Shown: in pieces, positions 1-9,112 of the stretch
Numbering within the stretch: position 1 is the stretch's first letter
Layout: each line of letters begins with the position of its first letter
Assembly (NCBI GenBank): GCA_017609175.1
Contig: JAFCEJ010000001.1
Coordinates: 1 to 55,427, forward strand
Direction: 5' to 3'
Source of the DNA: Candidatus Pacearchaeota archaeon
Lineage (GTDB): Archaea > Nanobdellota > Nanobdellia > Pacearchaeales > GW2011-AR1
DNA length: 55,427 nucleotides
Notes under the pieces: model-generated
Told to the model about the DNA's origin: nothing
The model's database searches: none
Seen by the model: the letters and a program-made list of their open reading frames with translations, nothing else
Made by a program: the position numbers and the translations under genes

Positions 1-597
1 GGAATTTGTGGAGCAGATGAAAACTGTTCAACTTGTGAAACTGATTGCGGTGTTTGTTTGAAAACTCTTGGAGAAGTTTGTAGTTCAGGCAGTGAATGTG
101 AGAGCGGGTATTGTGTCGATGGGGTTTGTTGTGATACTTCTTGTGATGGAGTTTGCAAGGCATGTAATATTGCTGGAAGTGTAGGAAGTTGTTCAAATAT
201 TGTTGCTGGAACAGATCCTGATGATGATTGTGGAGCATGTGCTGTTTGTGATGGTTTTGGGAACTGCCAAAATTTAGCACAAGATACAGAAGATGTTGAT
301 AACCTTTATAATTGCGGTTTTGGAAGTTATGGTTGGTGTGATGGTTCTGGTAATTGCCAGCAATTTTATTGGGAGGTTATAGGAGAAGAAACCTCAACAA
401 CAGATTATTGCCCTTTTGAAGATGCCATTAGATGTAATTTTGAAAATTATTATCATTATGGCTGGGATGATCAACCTGCTTGGTGGTCTAAACGTTGGAA
501 AAGTCCTATATCTTGTAGACCTTGGGGAGGTACTTTAAATCCGATTGGAAGTGTAGTGTATAAACATCGTTGTGTTATGGGCACTCCGCCTACCTAA
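1..597 (+). CDS. Cys-rich secreted/surface protein, C-terminal part (5'-truncated by window edge)
   Basis: Frame open from base 1 (GICGADENCSTCETDCGVC...). Continues with CSSGSECESGYCVDGVCCDTSCDGVCKAC, a disulfide-rich repeat. Confidence 0.75.
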   Translation, partial: GICGADENCSTCETDCGVCLKTLGEVCSSGSECESGYCVDGVCCDTSCDGVCKACNIAGSVGSCSNIVAGTDPDDDCGACAVCDGFGNCQNLAQDTEDVDNLYNCGFGSYGWCDGSGNCQQFYWEVIGEETSTTDYCPFEDAIRCNFENYYHYGWDDQPAWWSKRWKSPISCRPWGGTLNPIGSVVYKHRCVMGTPPT

Positions 598-3141
598 TTA
601 AAAAATATCTAATGTTTCTTCTTTTTCTGAAACTTCATTCTCTTTTTGATATTTAATTTCTTCTTGTGGGGGTTCTTCTATTTGTTCAGGATGTTGTTCT
701 GGTTCTTTAATTGCCTCGCTTTCACCAGAGACTGTTTCTTTAATCAATTCATCATCTTTTTTGTTTTCTTTTTCGTTATTAATTATTTCTTCTTTATCTG
801 GTTTATTTTCACTTTGTTCTATTTCCTTTTTAATTTCTTCTTGTTTTTCTTCTGTATCTTGTTTAACATCTTCCTTGTTTTCTTCATTAGTTTGGCTTTC
901 GAGTTCAGCGACATATTTTGAAATTTCGTGTGCAGCATCTGCATTCACACTTATGCTATCGATTCCTTGTTGTACTAAGAATTTTACCATTTCTTTTCTA
1001 CTTCCAGCCTGACCACAAATACTTGTTTCAACTTTAAATTCTTTGCATGTTTTTATGACATGTTTTAATTGATTTAAAATTGCCGGATGCATTTCGTTAT
1101 AAATATACTGGACTTCTTCATTTCCTCTATCAACTGCTAAAGTATATTGTGTTAAATCGTTTGTTCCAAATGAGATGAAATCAATTCCTTCTTCGCATAA
1201 TTCTTTTATTATTTGAACCGAAGCAGGTGTTTCAATCATTACACCCAGTTTTGCATTTGTGAAATTTATTTCTTGTAAAATTTTTTTTACTTGTTTTATT
1301 TCATCAACAGAAATTATTTGTGGCATTAAAATTCCTATTTTCTTTTCTTGCTCTGAAATTCTTTTTAATGCGTTTAATTCTGCCTTTAAAATTTCACGGT
1401 TTTTTAATCCATATCTTATTCCATGCATACCCAACATTGGATTGGCTTCTTTTTCTTGTGGTGCTCCTTCTAAATTTACATATTCATCGCTTCTTATGTC
1501 TGATGTTCTAACCCATATTTCTTCAAAATATTTTGCAATTCCTTCAACGCCTTTGAAGATTATTTCTTCGTAATCTTGTATCTGGTTATTTTTTAAAAAG
1601 TAATTTGGATGTTTTCCTGATTCTGCGATTATTCCTTCAATTCTTGTTAGGCCTACTGAATTAACTTTTGATTTTGATGCACGTTCTGCGTAAGTTGGTA
1701 AATCAACAATCACTTTTATTTTTGTTTTTGTCTCGACGACAGGTAATACTTCTTTTTGAACAGTTTCTGCAACTTTTCCCTTGTAGATTTTTCCATTGAA
1801 TCCATCGACGGTTATTATTTCTCCTTCTTTTAGTTTTGTTGTTGCTTCTTGTGTTCCGACAACACAGGGAATTCCCATCTCCCGAGATACAATTGCTGCA
1901 TGTGCGGTCATTCCTCCCTCATTTGTTACAATTGCTGCTGATTTCTGCATTGTGACGACCATATCAGGGTTTGTCATAGTCGTGACAAGAATATCTCCTG
2001 ACTTTATTTTTTCTAAGTCTTCCATTTTGTGTATAATTTTTATCTTTCCAGACGCTATTCCAGGAGATGCAGCAATTCCTGAAAGTATTACTTCTCCTTT
2101 AATTTCTTTTGCTGTTTCAAATCTTTTTTCAATTGTTGTGACTGGACGTGTTTGGAGAATATAAATTTCTTCACCTTCAATTGCGAATTCAATATCTTGC
2201 GGTTTTTTATAATGCGATTCTAATTTTAATCCATATTCTGTTAATTTTATTATTTCATAGTCTTTTAAAACAGGTGATTTTGATTTTTCATCTTTTAATT
2301 TTATGATTTCTTTTTTTCCTGCAGAATCTCGGGTTATCGCAATTTTTTTTATCGCAATTTTTTTGTCTAATATTTTCAATTCCTTTGAAATAATGTATTT
2401 ATCTGGGCTTATTTTTCCAGAAACAATCCCTTCTCCTAATCCAAAAACTGCTTCGATAATAGTGTTTTCATTTTTGTGTGAAGGATCTTTTGTGAACATA
2501 ACTCCGGATTTGTCAGCATCAATCATTTTTTGGACAATTACTGCTAAACTTACTTCTTCATGTTTGAATTTCTTTTTATGTCTATAATACGTCGCTCTTG
2601 CAGTGAATAAAGATGCAAAACATTTTTTTACACTTTCCAATAACTCTGAATTTCCTTTTATATTAAGATAAGTGTCTTGTTGTCCTGCAAAACTTGCTGT
2701 TGCTAAATCTTCTGCTGTTGCAGAGCTTCTTACAGCGACGAAAATTGGTTCTGAAGATGCATTAAGGATATTGAGGGGAGTTCCGTTTATTTTTGATTTA
2801 TCAACATTTAAATTTTCATAAGATTCTATAATCTCTTCTTCCATTTCTTTTGGCAGGTTTGATTTTATGATTAATTCTCTTATTTCTTTTGTTTTCTCTT
2901 CTAATTGTTTTGTATTTTCATAATCTATCTCATTTAGAATTCTCTTTATTTCGTCTTTTATTCCTGCTTTTTCAATAAAATAATCATATGCTTGAGCAGT
3001 TATAACAAAACCAGGGGGGACTGGTAATTTTAAATTATAAATTTCTCCAAGATTTGCTCCTTTGCCTCCAGCAACATTTCCAGAATCTTTATTTAATTCA
3101 GAGAACCATTTCACAAAATCAACTCTTTTTTCTTCAGGCAT
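598..3141 (-). CDS. ppsA: Phosphoenolpyruvate synthase (pyruvate,water dikinase) with acidic C-terminal tail
   Basis: GGKGANLGE, VAVRSSATAED, SFAGQQDTYLN, phospho-His motif GGMTAHAAIVSRE, SFGTNDLTQY, SICGQ. Confidence 0.95.
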   Translation of the reverse strand: MPEEKRVDFVKWFSELNKDSGNVAGGKGANLGEIYNLKLPVPPGFVITAQAYDYFIEKAGIKDEIKRILNEIDYENTKQLEEKTKEIRELIIKSNLPKEMEEEIIESYENLNVDKSKINGTPLNILNASSEPIFVAVRSSATAEDLATASFAGQQDTYLNIKGNSELLESVKKCFASLFTARATYYRHKKKFKHEEVSLAVIVQKMIDADKSGVMFTKDPSHKNENTIIEAVFGLGEGIVSGKISPDKYIISKELKILDKKIAIKKIAITRDSAGKKEIIKLKDEKSKSPVLKDYEIIKLTEYGLKLESHYKKPQDIEFAIEGEEIYILQTRPVTTIEKRFETAKEIKGEVILSGIAASPGIASGKIKIIHKMEDLEKIKSGDILVTTMTNPDMVVTMQKSAAIVTNEGGMTAHAAIVSREMGIPCVVGTQEATTKLKEGEIITVDGFNGKIYKGKVAETVQKEVLPVVETKTKIKVIVDLPTYAERASKSKVNSVGLTRIEGIIAESGKHPNYFLKNNQIQDYEEIIFKGVEGIAKYFEEIWVRTSDIRSDEYVNLEGAPQEKEANPMLGMHGIRYGLKNREILKAELNALKRISEQEKKIGILMPQIISVDEIKQVKKILQEINFTNAKLGVMIETPASVQIIKELCEEGIDFISFGTNDLTQYTLAVDRGNEEVQYIYNEMHPAILNQLKHVIKTCKEFKVETSICGQAGSRKEMVKFLVQQGIDSISVNADAAHEISKYVAELESQTNEENKEDVKQDTEEKQEEIKKEIEQSENKPDKEEIINNEKENKKDDELIKETVSGESEAIKEPEQHPEQIEEPPQEEIKYQKENEVSEKEETLDIF

Positions 3142-3162
3142 AATTCAAAAAATAAAGCTGGG

Positions 3163-3419
3163 TTAATAAATATTTTTATTGCTTAATTCCTTAATTTTAT
3201 TGGATATTTCTTTTAATTTTTCATCTATTTTAAAATATGCTGTATATATCAATCCCCCAATTACTAATGATGTTATAGAATATCTAAATTAATTTTCTGG
3301 ATTAAATATTATGCCGATTAAAAGTGGAATTATTGAGCCAATACCTATTGTTAATATAAAATTAAAAAACATAATTGTCTTTGATATGCTAAATCCAATC
3401 TATTTTTTTCAATATTCAT
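3163..3419 (-). pseudogene. Probable disrupted small membrane protein
   Basis: MNIEKNRLDLAYQRQL continues after a frameshift (~3373) as MFFNFILTIGIGSIIPLLIGIIFNPEN*FRYSITSLVIGGLIYTAYFKIDEKLKEISNKIKEL. In-frame TAA at 3291-3289. Confidence 0.45.
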
Positions 3420-3428
3420 TTTAGAGAA

Positions 3429-3575
3429 TTATTTTGATGCTATTATTCCGATTCCTATTGAGATACAAAATATTCCTCCAATAACAGATACATTATCATT
3501 AGGGAATTTGTTTATTAAATAAAGCCCTAAACCTATAAAAAATATTCCAATACCTATTTTAATTTCTTTTCCCAT
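3429..3575 (-). CDS. 48-aa two-TM membrane micropeptide (not in ORF track)
   Basis: Manual translation MGKEIKIGIGIFFIGLGLYLINKFPNDNVSVIGGIFCISIGIGIIASK*. Confidence 0.6.
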   Translation of the reverse strand: MGKEIKIGIGIFFIGLGLYLINKFPNDNVSVIGGIFCISIGIGIIASK

Positions 3576-3604
3576 ATTATTTTTAGTTGCTATTTTCTTT
3601 AAAT

Positions 3605-3775
3605 TTATTCACTTATTGCTTGAACAGGGCAGTTTTCAACAGCTTCTTTAACACAAGGTATTTTCTTCTGTGCTTTGACTTGCGCTTTCATGTCATCACC
3701 CATTTCAAAAACCTCTTCACATATGCTTGTGCACAATCCACAACCAATACATTTTGTTTTATCTACACTTACCAT
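3605..3775 (-). CDS. fdx: Ferredoxin, single [4Fe-4S] cluster type, 56 aa (not in ORF track)
   Basis: Manual translation MVSVDKTKCIGCGLCTSICEEVFEMGDDMKAQVKAQKKIPCVKEAVENCPVQAISE; CxxCxxC plus distal CP motif. Confidence 0.93.
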   Translation of the reverse strand: MVSVDKTKCIGCGLCTSICEEVFEMGDDMKAQVKAQKKIPCVKEAVENCPVQAISE

Positions 3776-3825
3776 TCTGTTAATTAGTTCGTTAAGTTTA
3801 TAAATTTAATCTGTCTTTGTCTATT

Positions 3826-4602
3826 ATGGGATTTATAAGAGGTGGTTTGTTATTTATTGTTTGTATCTTATTGCTTTTATCACTTTTAATTGGAAATGCC
3901 TTCTTGGTTTTATCTTCGTCTTTGGAATATGAAAATGTTCAGGAAAAACTTAACCCTGTTATAAAAGAGATAATTTATGGAGAGGTTGATGTTTCAAAAA
4001 TGCAAGATAGTTTTGATGTTATGAAGAAATATTGCGCTGAGGGAAATACACAGGTTATTATAAAAGAAGAAGATTATGATTTGACAATTCCTTGCGAGGA
4101 TATTTTAACTGGGACGCCTGAAAGTGTTTTGGATTCTCAGGTAGATAAATTTATACAAGAAAATTATTATAAAAATTATAATTGTACTTTTATTCAATGT
4201 TTTAAGGAGAATTCTGTCCCATTTTTTTTGATTTCTGAAATGACTAAAAATTATATTAAATCCAAATTCTATTATATTATGGTTGTTTCGTTTGTTTTAT
4301 TGTTTTTAATGTTTTTTTTAATTGAAGATAAAAGGAATGTTTTGATTATTCTTGGGATTTTATTAGTTTTATCTTCATTACCTCTTATGAAACTTAGCGC
4401 TTTTTCTTCTATTGGCCCTAATGAATTTTCCTCGCAAATTTTTTCTTTGTTTTTTGAACAAGCCCACAAAATATTTTTATGGGTATTTGTAATCGGGCTT
4501 TTAATTTTTGGGCTTGGTATTGGTTTGAGGTTTTGGAATCCTGAAAAAGCAAGAAAGATTTTTGAAAGAAAAACATTTAATAAAAAAAAGAAAACCTCTT
4601 AA
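3826..4602 (+). CDS. Hypothetical multi-pass membrane protein with Cys-containing extracellular loop
   Basis: N-terminal TM, soluble loop with 4 Cys, three C-terminal hydrophobic helices; ATG at 3826. Confidence 0.75.
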   Translation: MGFIRGGLLFIVCILLLLSLLIGNAFLVLSSSLEYENVQEKLNPVIKEIIYGEVDVSKMQDSFDVMKKYCAEGNTQVIIKEEDYDLTIPCEDILTGTPESVLDSQVDKFIQENYYKNYNCTFIQCFKENSVPFFLISEMTKNYIKSKFYYIMVVSFVLLFLMFFLIEDKRNVLIILGILLVLSSLPLMKLSAFSSIGPNEFSSQIFSLFFEQAHKIFLWVFVIGLLIFGLGIGLRFWNPEKARKIFERKTFNKKKKTS

Positions 4603-4794
4603 ATTTTCTAATAAATTTTTGAAGAAATTGTTTATGATTTAATTCAAATTTTTGGGAGACTGCATTCAAATATTTTTCAATTTTTCTTTTAGAAGCAAAG
4701 CAGTTCTAGGGAGTTCCTGTAACAAGCTCAAAATAATATTAGAAAATTTTTATATTACCATATTTTTATATATCTTTGATATTTGTAAATATTC

Positions 4795-5631
4795 ATGAAA
4801 CAAAAAGCAATTGTTATGTTGTCAGGAGGTTTGGATAGTCGGCTTGCTGTTAAATTGATGCAAGAAAGAGGGTTTGAAGTTATAGCTCTGCATTTTAAAC
4901 TGCCTTTTGGAACAGGATGCTGTGATGAGAATTATTCATTTAATTTTTCGCAGTTGGTTGGGATTAAATTAAAAATATTTGACTGTACAAAAGGGGATTT
5001 ATTGAAAGAATATTTGGATATTATTAGAAAACCAAAGTATGGAAGGGGGGCCTGTATGAATCCATGTATTGATTGCAGAATTTTTATGCTGAAAAAAGCA
5101 AGAGAATTTGCTGACAGGCACAATATCAAATATATTGCTACAGGGGAGGTTTTGGATGAGAGGCCTATGTCGCAAAATGCAAAAGCGATGAAAATTGTTG
5201 AGAAAGAATCCGGATTAAATGAGCGATTAATGAGACCCTTATGTGATATTGGAATTAGAGGTAGGAGTAGAAAAAAACAAATTGCTCTTGCCAAAAAATT
5301 TAAGATTTCTTACCCTAATCCTGGTGGGGGCTGTTTGCTTTGTGAGAAAGAATTAAAAGAGAGAATTAAATCTTTGCTAGAAAAAAAGAATGTTGATGAA
5401 CAAGATGTTAGATTGATTAATATAGGAAGGCATTTTGAAAAAAGTAAGATTATTCTCGGTAAAAATAAAAAAGAAAATGAAATTCTTGAAAAAATGAAAG
5501 GTATTAAGATTATTCCTAAACAACCAGGACCTACCGCGCTTATCGAAGATAAAAAATTTATAGAAAAAGCTAAAAAATTAATTCAAAAATATTCAAAACA
5601 TAAAATTACTGAGTTTGAAATTAAAGATTAA
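4795..5631 (+). CDS. PP-loop tRNA sulfurtransferase, ThiI/MnmA-like, lacking THUMP
   Basis: SGGLDS PP-loop, NPCIDCR, ATGEVLDERPMSQ, YPNPGGGCLLC. Confidence 0.8.
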   Translation: MKQKAIVMLSGGLDSRLAVKLMQERGFEVIALHFKLPFGTGCCDENYSFNFSQLVGIKLKIFDCTKGDLLKEYLDIIRKPKYGRGACMNPCIDCRIFMLKKAREFADRHNIKYIATGEVLDERPMSQNAKAMKIVEKESGLNERLMRPLCDIGIRGRSRKKQIALAKKFKISYPNPGGGCLLCEKELKERIKSLLEKKNVDEQDVRLINIGRHFEKSKIILGKNKKENEILEKMKGIKIIPKQPGPTALIEDKKFIEKAKKLIQKYSKHKITEFEIKD

Positions 5632-5632
5632 A

Positions 5633-6217
5633 ATGTGCCGTTTATGTGAAACAAAACCCGTGTATGAATTTACTAATAAAAGAAAATTATGTAAGAATTG
5701 TTTTATAAAATATTTTCAGAAAAAAGTTTTTTTTATTGTGAGAAAATTTGGAATGATTAAACATGGGGATGTTGTTGCCTGTGAGAATAAAATGATTTTA
5801 AAAGATAAACAAGAAGTTTTAGATTTTAGAATAGCTGTTTTAAAATATGTTTTGAAAATGTTTGAGGAAAAAGGAATTATTGAATTGACAAAAGAGAAGG
5901 CAAATAAAATTGCAATACCTTCAACAATTGATTTGGAAGCGAGTGAAATCGTTAAGATTTTAATTAAAAGAAAAGAAGCAGATTTGAAAAAATTAAAACC
6001 TGTTGAAAAAATTAAAGGAAAAACAATAATAAAGCCTCTTTATTTGTTTCTTGATGAAGAAGTTTTACTTTATGCAAAATTGAAGGGGTTGAAATGGCAG
6101 AAACAAAAAGACGAGACAAACAAAATTAAAGGTTTTCTCGACGAACTTGAGAAAAGACATCCTGAAGTAAAAAGGGCAGTTGTTAATAGTTATCTTAATT
6201 TGTATGGAGAAAAATAA
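5633..6217 (+). CDS. Degenerate TtuA/Ncs6/TtcA-family protein (Zn finger kept, PP-loop lost)
   Basis: CxxC...LCxxCF.KYFQKKV...IVRKFGMI..GD.V N-terminus; IIKPL..F..EEV..YA.LKG and FLDELEKRHPEVK C-terminus; no SGGKDS. Confidence 0.7.
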   Translation: MCRLCETKPVYEFTNKRKLCKNCFIKYFQKKVFFIVRKFGMIKHGDVVACENKMILKDKQEVLDFRIAVLKYVLKMFEEKGIIELTKEKANKIAIPSTIDLEASEIVKILIKRKEADLKKLKPVEKIKGKTIIKPLYLFLDEEVLLYAKLKGLKWQKQKDETNKIKGFLDELEKRHPEVKRAVVNSYLNLYGEK

Positions 6218-6218
6218 A

Positions 6219-6398
6219 ATGCTTGAAAAGATTTTTGAATATGGGGCTGATTGGATTCCAGGATATGGAATTTACCATCTCTTTTTTAATGATGAAAGGT
6301 TAAATGGAGATACAAATGACTTATATTTACTTGCTAATGGGTTATATCATTCGCTTTATGTTATTGTTCCTATGACATATATTCTGATTAAGAAATAA
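6219..6398 (+). CDS. Small hypothetical membrane protein
   Basis: ATG two bases after the upstream stop; hydrophobic C-terminus. Confidence 0.5.
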   Translation: MLEKIFEYGADWIPGYGIYHLFFNDERLNGDTNDLYLLANGLYHSLYVIVPMTYILIKK

Positions 6399-6454
6399 TA
6401 AATCATATTTTAAACTATAAAAATCTTTATTAAGGGAATTTAATTTTTTAAATA

Positions 6455-6703
6455 TTGAAAAGGGGTATAGAGATTAAGAATCTCTGGTGTTTGATTATGG
6501 ATTCAAATCATATGGAAGAAGAAATTTGTTTTTATCGAATTTATGCCGAAGAGAATAATGAAGATTCTTTTAATTTTCTTAAGGAGTATGGGGATTGTTT
6601 AAAATGTTCTGGCAATGACTCTTCTTGTTCTTGGTATCTTCCCTTCAAATTAGAAAGGGCTAAAAAACTGGAGGAGGTTTCTGATGACTCACAGAAAATT
6701 TAA
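6455..6703 (+). CDS. Hypothetical Cys-containing protein
   Basis: ORF with C..CxxC..C pattern; true start may be an internal ATG. Confidence 0.5.
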   Translation: MKRGIEIKNLWCLIMDSNHMEEEICFYRIYAEENNEDSFNFLKEYGDCLKCSGNDSSCSWYLPFKLERAKKLEEVSDDSQKI

Positions 6704-6950
6704 GAAGGATATTATTAATAATCTCTTATCCCCTTATTATGATGATGATCTTATTGGATATTATGATGACTCTATTCCTATTTTAACTACTTCGCAAGTT
6801 GAAAACCTTTTATCTAGAGCTTTAAAAGAATATAGAAAACATTTTATTTCAGAAATGGGGCAACTTTTTGAAAAATATTCTAAAAACGGATTTTCAAAAG
6901 AATCTATTGATACCTTGAGGGATTTTTGTTCTAAATTAGAAAAAATTTAA
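6684..6950 (+). CDS. Hypothetical protein
   Basis: ORF preceded by GGAGG; overlaps the upstream gene. Confidence 0.6.
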   Translation: MTHRKFKKDIINNLLSPYYDDDLIGYYDDSIPILTTSQVENLLSRALKEYRKHFISEMGQLFEKYSKNGFSKESIDTLRDFCSKLEKI

Positions 6951-8974
6951 TCTTTTTTGTTTTCTTTTTCTAATCTTTTTATAAAATTTCCAATAAATTT
7001 TGAATCTTTATCAGGGTCTCTTATTTGCTTTATAACATATGCTGTTGTGCCGTGTTTATTTGTTTTTTCTGTTTTTATTCCTCCAAGAGTTCTTAATCTT
7101 TCGCTTATATCATCTGTTAATAAGATTTCTTGGTCTGAAACTGTTGCAATTTTTTTTGATTTTGGTATAAAAGTTTTTAAGCTCATAAATTTTAAAATTT
7201 CTCCTTCTTTTTTTGCGACTATTGTCCCATAATTTATTGAAATTCCAAACTCTATTTTTTGTTGGGCTAGTCTATTATATTTAATTAATTCGTTTTTTAT
7301 TTCTTTTGCAAGAATTATTGCTATTTTCTCATTTTTGAAAGTTTTTGTGACTGCAGGTGCTAAAATAAAGAACAAATATTCTCCATTTTCATAAGTTCTG
7401 GCTTTTTTATCTTCTGCCAAATCAATTATTTCATTTATTTTTTCTTGTGCAGTTCCTTTTTGTGATTTGATTTCATCAAAGTTTTTTATTTTTAGACAAA
7501 CGACACTTGCGTCCTGTTTGTCTCCTTTAATCGATAAAGAAAGAGTTGCTGTACTTTTTGGATTAGATGATTCTTTCCTTAATTCATTGGTTTTGTCTTT
7601 TTTTTTACTTTTCCAAGAACTTTTTTTGGATTTGATATATCCAATAAAACTTTTTTTATACCCTTTTTTGAAAAATATAAATGCGACAAATCCACAAATT
7701 GCTACAATAAAAATCCAGACAAAGGGGTTGAATACTTTTGATATTATTTCTCTTGCTTCTTTTATCTCAATAGCTTTTCCAGTTAACATCGTTTTTCCGA
7801 TTACTTCACTTCCTTCTTCATTTACGACTTCTATCTCATATACACCGTCTGGTGCACTTAATGTATATTTTTTACTCTCGTCGATTCCCAAAAATGTTGG
7901 GATGTTTAGCATTTCTTCTCCGATTTTTATAAATACTGTATCGTTATAAGGGACATTTCCAACATTTGAAATTACTAATGTTTTATTTATCAATTCATAT
8001 TTTACTTCTTTCTTTTCTTTAATTATGACTTTTGCTTCGCCTGTTAATTGATTTGAAACAGCAAAGATAGTCCAGTTTGCAGGTGGCTCATTATATGCTA
8101 TTGGAAATTCTAAGAATTCATTTGTAGTTTTTTGTTCTTGTTTTAGAATTTTGTCTGCTGAATCTTTTATTGTTATTACTGCTGTTGTTCCCTCGATATT
8201 TTCTCCTGTTTGGTCATGTAAAACTGCTTTTACTTTTAGATTTGTTCCTGGTTCTATTTCTGGATTTTCAAGAACAACCTCTAAGCTTGTTGGAACTTGC
8301 TTTACTTTAATAGTATAATCAAAGAAACCTTTATTTGTTACTTCCCCACTTAAATCTTTTTCATATGCATTTAAGCTTATCAAATATGGTCCTGCTGCTG
8401 TTTCTGCTGGCAATGTGAATTTTATTGAGAAGAACCCATTATTTACTGTTTCTATATAGGTATTTTGAGATTTATTCCCAGATAAGATTTCTAAATCTAT
8501 AAATCCATTTACTAATTCTCCATTTTCTTTTGTTACTTCTCCTTCTACGATTATTTCATCTCCTGGTTCAAATTCCCCTTCGCCTGATTTTAGATTGATT
8601 GTTAAAACATCTGAAATTTTGAAATCATTTGTTAAGACATATTGCTCTCCAAATGTTGTTTTTATTTTACATGTTCCTTTTGTAAATCCAATATTTTCTT
8701 TTGTTAGAACAAGAACAGGATTCATTCGTTGCTCTTCGCCAGCAGAGAGTTTAACACCGTTTTTATAAAATGTTGTTGATTTGCCCCCACAGATTAAAGA
8801 CATTTCTAAATTTCCTGTGATTTCACTCAGGCTTTTTAGGGTTAGGGGAATTGAAAATGAGTCTCCGAGATTATAAACAGCATCTGGTTGCTTATTTATG
8901 ATTATATCCACTTCTGCTGATACTAATGAACTTAACAGAATTACAAAACATAATACTAAAATTATTCTCCTCAT
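6947..8974 (-). CDS. Single-pass surface protein: signal peptide, Ig-like ectodomain, TM, cytoplasmic degenerate class III nucleotidyl cyclase-like domain
   Basis: Signal peptide, beta-rich ectodomain, TM FVWIFIVAICGFVAFIFF. C-terminus has ASVVCLKIKNF, IEFGISINYGTIVA and QEILLTDDI. Confidence 0.75.
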   Translation of the reverse strand: MRRIILVLCFVILLSSLVSAEVDIIINKQPDAVYNLGDSFSIPLTLKSLSEITGNLEMSLICGGKSTTFYKNGVKLSAGEEQRMNPVLVLTKENIGFTKGTCKIKTTFGEQYVLTNDFKISDVLTINLKSGEGEFEPGDEIIVEGEVTKENGELVNGFIDLEILSGNKSQNTYIETVNNGFFSIKFTLPAETAAGPYLISLNAYEKDLSGEVTNKGFFDYTIKVKQVPTSLEVVLENPEIEPGTNLKVKAVLHDQTGENIEGTTAVITIKDSADKILKQEQKTTNEFLEFPIAYNEPPANWTIFAVSNQLTGEAKVIIKEKKEVKYELINKTLVISNVGNVPYNDTVFIKIGEEMLNIPTFLGIDESKKYTLSAPDGVYEIEVVNEEGSEVIGKTMLTGKAIEIKEAREIISKVFNPFVWIFIVAICGFVAFIFFKKGYKKSFIGYIKSKKSSWKSKKKDKTNELRKESSNPKSTATLSLSIKGDKQDASVVCLKIKNFDEIKSQKGTAQEKINEIIDLAEDKKARTYENGEYLFFILAPAVTKTFKNEKIAIILAKEIKNELIKYNRLAQQKIEFGISINYGTIVAKKEGEILKFMSLKTFIPKSKKIATVSDQEILLTDDISERLRTLGGIKTEKTNKHGTTAYVIKQIRDPDKDSKFIGNFIKRLEKENKKD

Positions 8975-9112
8975 TTTTATTAATACTATCTTTAATTAAA
9001 TCTTATTTATAAATATTTTGACGGGGGAAAGGATAGGTGGAAAGGTAAAAATTTAATCTGGGGAAATTTATTCTAACACTAACTTTATAAAATCCCTTAA
9101 CTTCTTTCAATT

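Noticed and set aside
646-2587. Several + strand ORFs within ppsA, and similar antisense or alternate-frame ORFs across the window
   Set aside because: Shadows of well-supported genes; hydrophobic F/I/S-rich composition is expected antisense to K/E-rich codons.
3587-3787. 66-aa + strand ORF
   Set aside because: Antisense to the real ferredoxin gene.
4600-4765. Protein-like fragments on the minus strand
   Set aside because: Interrupted by stops with no recognisable family; cannot support a call.
9023-9063. G-rich intergenic tract as a possible G-quadruplex or ncRNA
   Set aside because: Mostly GG doublets with no complementary stem.
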